Shown here: positions 57,212 to 64,000 of the stretch, one piece after another
Position numbering within the stretch: position 1 is the first letter of the stretch
Layout: every line of letters begins with the position of its first letter
NCBI GenBank assembly: GCA_001779315.1
Contig: MFJU01000042.1
Location: forward strand, 747-64,746
DNA from: Candidatus Gottesmanbacteria bacterium RIFCSPLOWO2_01_FULL_42_22
GTDB taxonomy: Bacteria; Patescibacteriota; Microgenomatia; 2-02-FULL-39-11
DNA: 64,000 bases
Reading direction: 5' to 3'
Position numbers and translations under genes: made by a program
Notes under the pieces: model-generated
Told to the model about the DNA's origin: nothing
Seen by the model: only the letters and a program-made list of their open reading frames with translations
Database searches by the model: none

Positions 57212-59133
57212 GGTGAATAATTGACGGAAACATCATATAACACCGGACTGAAAGATGAATCCGCTGATGTCAGTTCGGCCTTGTAGCGAAAACACCTGCC
57301 GGGATTAACATATGGTAGATTTATAATCAATGGTATGGGACCGGCCGCGCTAAAATAAGTATCAGCCGCTCCGTCTGGTCCGACGTATGAATATTGCGCT
57401 TCCGAACAGTTATTATTGACAGCTTCTGAAGAAGCTACCTGGAGAGCGAGACTGGTTTGGGTAGGCCGGTCAAAATTAAAGTCAAAGCGGTTGAAAGCAA
57501 CGGTTTGGCCGGCATCAAACGGCGCAGATTCAAAAGTTCCCTGTGAGGAATACTCACCGCCGGGTCCGCCGGCAATTATTTTAAGTTCGGAAGTTGAATC
57601 ACCGGTGATGATATAAGAATAGGCATCCCCGTCCGTTTCCAGAACGGAGAAGACTCCGTTGATACCTGAATCAATATTTAAACCGCCGCATCTGGACAGA
57701 GGAGGATTAACCGATTCACTCGAAATATTAATAACCTGATATTCTTCGCCTCCGGTTCCGACCAAGATAGCCCTGTTTCCGGGAACAACGGTAATACCCT
57801 GCGGATTCATACCGTTGGCTTCATAAACTGCCACAACCTGCCTTTGCCCGCTTTTATTTTCAATATCAAGAACAAACAACTCAAACTTGTTAGATGATGC
57901 TTCCGTAGCCAAATATGCCCGGGTGGCTGAAGAATTGACAAAAATGTCTTTGCCGTCGTCAGCATTCAAATTTGCCCAACCGACGATGTTTAAAGTTTGG
58001 CCCCCGTTTGTAACCTCAATAATTTGCATCTGGGTTGTCTCGGATTCCACGGCCACATAAGCATAATTACCCAAAACGATAACCTGTTCACCTTTTCCGG
58101 CTAAAGCAACAGAGCCTAATTTCAGTCTGGAGCCTGTTTTTAAGTCTAAATTAAACGTATACAGGGTGTTGCCGGCAGTGGCAAAACCGATATTGCCCGA
58201 TGTAAAAACACTTTCTCCGTCTGTAATCCCCGGAGCATCAAAAAAACCGACCTCGGCAAATTTTCCGTTAACCTGGTTATTTAAATCCATAATGACAATT
58301 TCTTTACTGTTGGTGTCTGTAGCTATGTAAGCATAATTTTCTTCACCAAAGACATCATTGGTTTTATAGCCGTCAAATGTCCCGTTAATCGTGCCCGAAG
58401 GCGATGAGGGTGGAGGCGGATTGCTGATATCAACCCGGGCAAAAGACACCCCCGAAGCATTATTGCCGGTACCGGCCACGACCTGACCTTCGATGGCGGA
58501 CACGGCGTTGGCGACACCGTTTTTGGGTAAATCGACAGCTTCGATAGAAAGATTGGGATCACACCAGCTGGATATACCGCCTGAACCGAGCATAATTTCT
58601 CCTCCTAAATCAGCAGAAATAACCGTACCCGTCAGGCTGCCTTTCTCAAAATCAGCCACCGAAGTTTCCGTATGTGATCCGTTATTAAGGAATCTTGTTA
58701 AATACCATGTTTGGGAAATATTGCCCGAGTGAGGCAAAGACCAGCTGACGTCAACCGTTATTTTTTTCGTCGAAGGATCGCTAGTGCCGCTTGCAGATAA
58801 TACGCCTGCGCTATCCCTGAGAGCGTCTTCAATGGTAAGTGCCCTGGTAAAGCCGTTGATTGTTTCGGGACCGCTGTTTAAAACAAAGCTGTTAGCGGAG
58901 ACGGCCGGATGATAGCTGCCGTTTACTTCGATTTCATGCCAATTGCGCTCCCTTATCATTCTGACTGCTTCTTCCGCTTCCCGAGTCAGGGAAAAAGCAT
59001 TTAACCTTTGGGCGAGCATGCTTCGGCCGTCTCTTCCGGCTATAATCCCGGAAAAAAGGGCGGGAAAGAGAATAGCCATTAAAGTCACAGCTACTAAAAG
59101 TTCAATAATCGACTGGCCTTGGGTTTTCAGCAT
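57208..59133 (-). CDS. Large minor pilin with beta-propeller-like (LVIVD-type) repeats
   Basis: GQSIIE signal; repeated NYAYVA/YAYIA motifs. Confidence 0.75.
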   Translation of the reverse strand: MLKTQGQSIIELLVAVTLMAILFPALFSGIIAGRDGRSMLAQRLNAFSLTREAEEAVRMIRERNWHEIEVNGSYHPAVSANSFVLNSGPETINGFTRALTIEDALRDSAGVLSASGTSDPSTKKITVDVSWSLPHSGNISQTWYLTRFLNNGSHTETSVADFEKGSLTGTVISADLGGEIMLGSGGISSWCDPNLSIEAVDLPKNGVANAVSAIEGQVVAGTGNNASGVSFARVDISNPPPPSSPSGTINGTFDGYKTNDVFGEENYAYIATDTNSKEIVIMDLNNQVNGKFAEVGFFDAPGITDGESVFTSGNIGFATAGNTLYTFNLDLKTGSRLKLGSVALAGKGEQVIVLGNYAYVAVESETTQMQIIEVTNGGQTLNIVGWANLNADDGKDIFVNSSATRAYLATEASSNKFELFVLDIENKSGQRQVVAVYEANGMNPQGITVVPGNRAILVGTGGEEYQVINISSESVNPPLSRCGGLNIDSGINGVFSVLETDGDAYSYIITGDSTSELKIIAGGPGGEYSSQGTFESAPFDAGQTVAFNRFDFNFDRPTQTSLALQVASSEAVNNNCSEAQYSYVGPDGAADTYFSAAGPIPLIINLPYVNPGRCFRYKAELTSADSSFSPVLYDVSVNYSP

Positions 59134-59134
59134 C

Positions 59135-59629
59135 TTAATTTACGGATATAACCGCCCCCCAGGCATTCAATGTCAGAGTTTGTCTGTCATTGGTAATGCT
59201 GTTTGATAAAGAAAGCGTATTTTGTCCGGAATCATAAGCGGTCACTTCACCTGTCAGGGCAGAAAAAACTACGGACTGTTGGGGCAGATTTACATTATCG
59301 AACGTCAAATTATCATTTAAATTAACCGTAATGTTTGAAGGTGATGCGTCAGAATAAGACGTCCCTGAAAAAAGGGTATAAGAATTCGGGGAAAAATAAA
59401 TTCCATATGCGGAAGATATACCTTCGCTTGTTTGCCCTGCCAATGCTTTTAGCTGCTGATTTTTGATATCCGAAACCAGTGTCGTCATTTGGGTTGTCAG
59501 AGATGAATGTTCCGGGGTTTGGGAAATATTGACGGACAAAATTGCATATAAAACCAGGAGAATTGCCATGACGATAACCAGCTCTATGAGGGTAAATCCT
59601 TTTTGATGCGGGAAAGGTTTTTTTTTCAT
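59135..59629 (-). CDS. Minor pilin (FimT/GspH-like)
   Basis: GFTLIELVIV. Confidence 0.85.
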   Translation of the reverse strand: MKKKPFPHQKGFTLIELVIVMAILLVLYAILSVNISQTPEHSSLTTQMTTLVSDIKNQQLKALAGQTSEGISSAYGIYFSPNSYTLFSGTSYSDASPSNITVNLNDNLTFDNVNLPQQSVVFSALTGEVTAYDSGQNTLSLSNSITNDRQTLTLNAWGAVISVN

Positions 59630-59634
59630 TAAAA

Positions 59635-60687
59635 TTATCTGACGCCTACCTGGCCGATAAGACCGTAAATAGGAGCAATAATGGCCATCATCATACCTCC
59701 GACCAGAACGCCGACAACCAAAAGCATGACAGGTTCGAGAAGTGCGGTGAACATTCTCAATGAATTGGAGACCTGGTAGTCCATATATTCGGAGATATCC
59801 TGCATGGATTTTTCCAAAGCTCCGCTTTTTTCACCAACCTCCATCAGTTTAACCATGATTGAAGGAATAACCCCTTTTGATTCTTTAAAACCTTCCGATA
59901 ATTTTTGTCCGGAAGCCACCATTTCTGCCGAATTACTGATGACTTTGTAAGTATCCCGGCTGATGACCACATCCTTTGACAGATCAAGAGCGTTAATGAT
60001 CGGTACACCGGCATGAAGAAGCAGGGAAAAACTTCTGGAAAATCTGGTCAGGTCGATTTCCCTGACCAGATTGGAGATGATGGGAAGATGATAGAGAGGA
60101 GAGAGGATTGTTTGGCGGTGTTTTTTGAAAAGATAAATGACGATAACAGCCAGCCCCGTCAAAACAGCTAACAGTGCCAAGGTATTATTAACTACCAAAT
60201 CAGAGAGTCTAATCAATATTTTGGTCGGCAAAGGCAAATCCATGCGTAATCTTAAAAAAACGGAAGAGATTTTGGGCACGACGACAACCAGCATCAAAAG
60301 AAGCACTCCGGCAAAAACCAGGCCGATTAAAAAAGGATAAATCATGGCAGATTTCACTTTATCTGAAAATTCCATCTCTTTCTGGATATTTTTTTTCAGA
60401 TCATGAAGAGTAGTTTCCAGCGTTCCGGCTTCCTCAGAAGCTTTAAGCAAATTAACGGTCACTTTGTCAAAAACCAGCGGAAACCTGGTAAATGACTGGT
60501 AAAGATGGTTTCCCTGGATGATGTCTTCCCTGACAATTTCCAGAAATTTTTTATGCTTGCCACGGGCATCCTCCAAAAGAGCGTCAATTGCTTCCAGAAT
60601 GGATATGCCGGCAGTGAGCATGGTAGACAGATTTTGGATAAAGGAAATCTTCTCACCGTTTGACAAGCTGATAGAAGATGATTTCAT
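59635..60687 (-). CDS. pilC: Type IV pilus platform protein PilC/GspF
   Basis: Two GspF domains, E.AG.L, GEKSG.L, LLEP. Confidence 0.92.
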   Translation of the reverse strand: MKSSSISLSNGEKISFIQNLSTMLTAGISILEAIDALLEDARGKHKKFLEIVREDIIQGNHLYQSFTRFPLVFDKVTVNLLKASEEAGTLETTLHDLKKNIQKEMEFSDKVKSAMIYPFLIGLVFAGVLLLMLVVVVPKISSVFLRLRMDLPLPTKILIRLSDLVVNNTLALLAVLTGLAVIVIYLFKKHRQTILSPLYHLPIISNLVREIDLTRFSRSFSLLLHAGVPIINALDLSKDVVISRDTYKVISNSAEMVASGQKLSEGFKESKGVIPSIMVKLMEVGEKSGALEKSMQDISEYMDYQVSNSLRMFTALLEPVMLLVVGVLVGGMMMAIIAPIYGLIGQVGVR

Positions 60688-62369
60688 ACGGATTCCACTT
60701 TGGTTGCCCTAAGCACTTCTTCGATGGTGGTAATGCCCTGGGCGGCTTTATTAAGACCGTCTGCCAGCATGGTTTTCATGCCTTCTTTGATGGCTAGCCT
60801 GTTGATTTGATCAGCATCACAGCGTGTAGTTATCAATTTGCGGATTTCCGGTGAAATTTCCAAAGCTTCAAAAACACCGATTCTTCCTTCATAGCCGGTG
60901 TTATGGCAGATTTTGCAGCCGCGGCCTTTGTAAACCATCAGACTGTTTTGGTTGGGGAAAATTTGCAGAAGCATGTCCGACGGTATCTGCATTGCCAGTT
61001 CATTCATTGTCAAAGTAACTGGCATCCGGCACATGTCGCAAATTTTTCTGACCAGTCTTTGGGCGATGATGAGATTGACGGTGGAGGCTACCAGGAAAGG
61101 CTCAACGTTCATATCGATCAGTCTGGGGATGGAAGTCGCTGCATCATTGGTATGCAATGTCGAAAAAACTAAATGTCCGGTGAGAGCGGCATTAACGGCA
61201 ATACCGGCTGTTTCATTATCACGGATTTCACCGACAAAAATAACATTGGGATCCTGTCTTAATATGGATCGAAGACCATTGGCAAAGGTTAGATTAGTTT
61301 TGGTATTAACCTGTATCTGATTGGCTCCGGGAATACGGTATTCAATAGGATCTTCAATTGTCGTAATATTTCTTTCCCTGACATTGATTTGTTTAAGAAG
61401 AGTGTAAATAATGGTTGTTTTGCCTGATCCGGTAGGGCCAGTTGACAGGATCATGCCGTATGATTTGCCCAGCGCTTTGTTGATTTTTTTAAGTTCTGAA
61501 GTCTCAACACCGAGATTGGTCAGGCTGAATTGTTTTTTCTTTGATGAAAGGAGTCTTAAGACTGCTTTCTCTCCGTCGGCAACAGGGATCACCGAAACCC
61601 TGATATCCAAAACTTCATAAGGGGTGGTCAACCTCATTTTGCCGTCCTGGGCGCTCAAATGTTCATCAGTTCTCAATTTGCTCAAAACTTTGATACGGGC
61701 AATTATCCGGCCGTGTAAATTCTTCGGCAATCTCAAAGCATCATGCAGCAGGCCGTCAATGCGGAATCTGACCAGCGAGTCTTTCTCTTCCGGCTCGATA
61801 TGGATATCGGAGGCTTTATCCTCATAAGCATAATCAACTATGAGATCAAAGATTTTGGAGATAGGCGCTTCATCCACAATCAGGGCCTTGGTTTGGTCGA
61901 TTTCCTTATTGATAAGATTCTCACAGGCAGTCTGCAAATCCTTACGGAACAGTCTCAAGGCATTTTGTATATCTTTTTCGGTAGCGTAATAAGGAATTAC
62001 TTTCGAGCCTGTTTTTTTGGAGATCATCTCGATGGTTTTTTCATCCTCCGGATCATTCATGGCTACTTTTAGACCTTCGGCATCCTTGGCAAAGGCGATA
62101 GTTTTGAGTTTCCGCGCGACTTTTTCCGGAGTTACCTGAAACAATTCTTCAGGGATTGCTGTACGGGACAAAATAACAAAAGGAAAACCTAAGAATTGGG
62201 CAATCATCTGGCCGATATTCTCATCTGTCACGATATTTTTATCGAGAATGGCATCATAAAAACTGACATTGGAGCTTTTGGCCATAACAGCGATATCGTC
62301 GAGCTCGCTTTCCTTGGCCAGGGCGTTTTGAATTAAGAGAGTTTTGATTTGTGTATCGGGCAATAACAT
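60684..62369 (-). CDS. pilB: Type IV pilus assembly ATPase PilB/GspE
   Basis: ASDIHIEP, GPTGSGKTT, LRQDP, GEIRD, STLHTN, CxxC zinc motifs. Confidence 0.95.
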   Translation of the reverse strand: MLLPDTQIKTLLIQNALAKESELDDIAVMAKSSNVSFYDAILDKNIVTDENIGQMIAQFLGFPFVILSRTAIPEELFQVTPEKVARKLKTIAFAKDAEGLKVAMNDPEDEKTIEMISKKTGSKVIPYYATEKDIQNALRLFRKDLQTACENLINKEIDQTKALIVDEAPISKIFDLIVDYAYEDKASDIHIEPEEKDSLVRFRIDGLLHDALRLPKNLHGRIIARIKVLSKLRTDEHLSAQDGKMRLTTPYEVLDIRVSVIPVADGEKAVLRLLSSKKKQFSLTNLGVETSELKKINKALGKSYGMILSTGPTGSGKTTIIYTLLKQINVRERNITTIEDPIEYRIPGANQIQVNTKTNLTFANGLRSILRQDPNVIFVGEIRDNETAGIAVNAALTGHLVFSTLHTNDAATSIPRLIDMNVEPFLVASTVNLIIAQRLVRKICDMCRMPVTLTMNELAMQIPSDMLLQIFPNQNSLMVYKGRGCKICHNTGYEGRIGVFEALEISPEIRKLITTRCDADQINRLAIKEGMKTMLADGLNKAAQGITTIEEVLRATKVESV

Positions 62370-62449
62370 AAGGCAATCAAGGAGATGTTCATCTCCCTAC
62401 ATTTATAATAGAACAATTCGGGCAAGGTACGCTATACTGGTTATGTATT

Positions 62450-63655
62450 ATGGAAACACATTTTTTTATTCTGGGACGGTATCCTTCCCTTTCTCTGGCT
62501 GAAATAATAGCTGTTTTAGATCTGAAAAAGCTGCCGTATTCCCTTGATTTTCGATCTGTGGAGGCAGCCGTTTTTTCAGTAGGCTCGGAATTTAATTTAA
62601 AAGAGTTTTGTGCTGATTTAGGCGGTACTGTCAAATCGGGCAGGCTAATCGATAAGGTTTTATATAGCGATCCTGAAGACAGATTCCAAAATTTATTTTC
62701 CTCCACTTTTTTGAAAGACTCGGGCTTTATTGCCGGCAAAGGGAAAATTAAGTTTGCCATCAGTCTCTATGATTTAAATTCCGATCCCCTGTTATTGAAA
62801 AGACTGGAAAAAAGACTGACCGGTTTTCATGCCACCTTAAAAGATAATTTACAGGCACAAAATCTCAAAGTAGGCTTTATCAAGATCAAACACCGTTTCA
62901 CCTCCAGTGTTTCTTTGGTAAAGAACGGCGTTCTAAAAAACGGTTTTGAGATGAGTTTACTCGCCGGAAAGGAACAAATCATAGCCGGCCGGACATTATG
63001 GGTCCAGGATTACGAGAGTTTTACCCGCCGTGATTTTTTCAAACCTGCCAAAGATAAACGGTCAGGCATAATGCCGGTAAAACTGGCCAGGATGATGCTG
63101 AATTTAGCCGGAAAAGAGCGGAACTCGACCATAATGGATCCTTTTTCCGGTTCCGGAACTATTATTTTGGAAGCTTATGAGATGGGTTTTTTCAAAATTT
63201 TGGGAAGTGATATCAGTATCAAGGCCGTCAGCGATACCAAGCAAAATTTAGCCTGGTTGACCGGCTCAAAAATAGAAAATAAAGTCGGACTTTTAGTAAC
63301 TGATGTGGTACAACTCTCAACAAAAATTCCCCCGCAGTCGGTAGATGCCGTGGTGACAGAACCTTTTTTAGGCAAGCCTCTGCACAAAGTGCCCGATGTT
63401 TTTACGGTCAGGCAGATTTTTGCCGATCTTAAGCCGCTTTATATTGCCGCGTTTAAAAATTTTAATGCGGTTTTAAAAAAAGACGGAAGGATAGTTTTCA
63501 TATTCCCGGCTTTTCAGGTTAAAGGCAGCCTGATGTTGTTTGATATTGAACCTTTTTCAAATAACTTCAGATTGCTCTCCTCCCGCAGCACTTTTCTATA
63601 CCGGAGCAAAGATCAGTTTTTAATCCGGGAAATAGCTGTCTTTGCCAGGAAATAA
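62450..63655 (+). CDS. Trm11-like RNA methyltransferase
   Basis: MP.KLARMM.NL, DPFSGSGT, GSDI, TEPFLG. Confidence 0.8.
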   Translation: METHFFILGRYPSLSLAEIIAVLDLKKLPYSLDFRSVEAAVFSVGSEFNLKEFCADLGGTVKSGRLIDKVLYSDPEDRFQNLFSSTFLKDSGFIAGKGKIKFAISLYDLNSDPLLLKRLEKRLTGFHATLKDNLQAQNLKVGFIKIKHRFTSSVSLVKNGVLKNGFEMSLLAGKEQIIAGRTLWVQDYESFTRRDFFKPAKDKRSGIMPVKLARMMLNLAGKERNSTIMDPFSGSGTIILEAYEMGFFKILGSDISIKAVSDTKQNLAWLTGSKIENKVGLLVTDVVQLSTKIPPQSVDAVVTEPFLGKPLHKVPDVFTVRQIFADLKPLYIAAFKNFNAVLKKDGRIVFIFPAFQVKGSLMLFDIEPFSNNFRLLSSRSTFLYRSKDQFLIREIAVFARK

Positions 63656-63703
63656 TATAATGGCTTTACATTTAGCTATTTTGAATTTATACTTTTGACT
63701 CCA

Positions 63704-64000
63704 ATGCTGCTTAACAAATTGAGGGAGGATATGACCGCTGCCCTGAAAAAGGGTGACAAAACTACTCTTTCGGTATTGCGCTATGTTTTATCCGAATTAA
63801 ATTATTCGGCAATTGATAAAAGGGGGGAACTGACTGATGAAGAGATAATTAAGCTTTTATACAAAGAAATTAAAAAAAGGCAAGAAGCCATTCTTTTATA
63901 CCGCCAAGGCAAAAGGGAAGAACTGGCTGAAAAAGAATCAAAGGAAATTGATATCATTAAGCAATATTTACCCGCCCAAATTCCTGACAGGGAGATTATT
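63704..64000 (+). CDS. GatB/YqeY domain protein (runs off the window end)
   Basis: D...ALK.GDK..LSVLR...LTDEE....L.KEIKKR.E....Y..GKR.ELAEKE..E..II..YLP. Confidence 0.9.
   Translation, partial: MLLNKLREDMTAALKKGDKTTLSVLRYVLSELNYSAIDKRGELTDEEIIKLLYKEIKKRQEAILLYRQGKREELAEKESKEIDIIKQYLPAQIPDREII

Noticed and set aside
5531-62072. Many antisense ORFs such as 5531..6070, 6149..6583, 8574..9005, 14099..14593, 60952..61320
   Set aside because: Shadows of well-supported genes on the opposite strand, with no recognisable motifs

Overview
Low-GC bacterial chromosomal window. The gene content (type IV pilus cluster, minimal group-3-like [NiFe]-hydrogenase, many TA modules, short GC-rich palindromes) resembles Patescibacteria/CPR (Microgenomates-like); this is an inference. 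The main observation is in 1-16.5 kb: a tandem array of about 15 small accessory gene cassettes (1-3 genes each, mixed orientation, usually with their own promoters, three being TA modules). Recurring boundary sites separate the cassettes. Each site has (i) a left arm that, read on the minus strand, encodes a conserved short peptide showing synonymous variation (family A: LLPxPRIN...FQDLRYIGELRQRWEEIKKL; family B: LLx...D-x-[IVF]-RT), (ii) a GGGGAGCA core resembling a tRNA-Asn 3' end, and (iii) often a right arm of 2-3 phased 10-bp TTTCT(A/T)CGGA repeats. They do not look like integron attC sites or CRISPR repeats. The best inference is an integron-like array built by repeated site-specific integration, with the recombinase and tRNA lying outside the window. 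The rest holds envelope and housekeeping genes, a two-component system, a reduced hydrogenase locus, a small island with a multi-domain methyltransferase, TA pairs, a lexA-small ORF-dinB cassette with a GAAC-N4-GTTC box, and a type IV pilus operon. No rRNA, tRNA, CRISPR array, integrase or transposase gene was recognised. All calls come from visual motif reading, not database searches.
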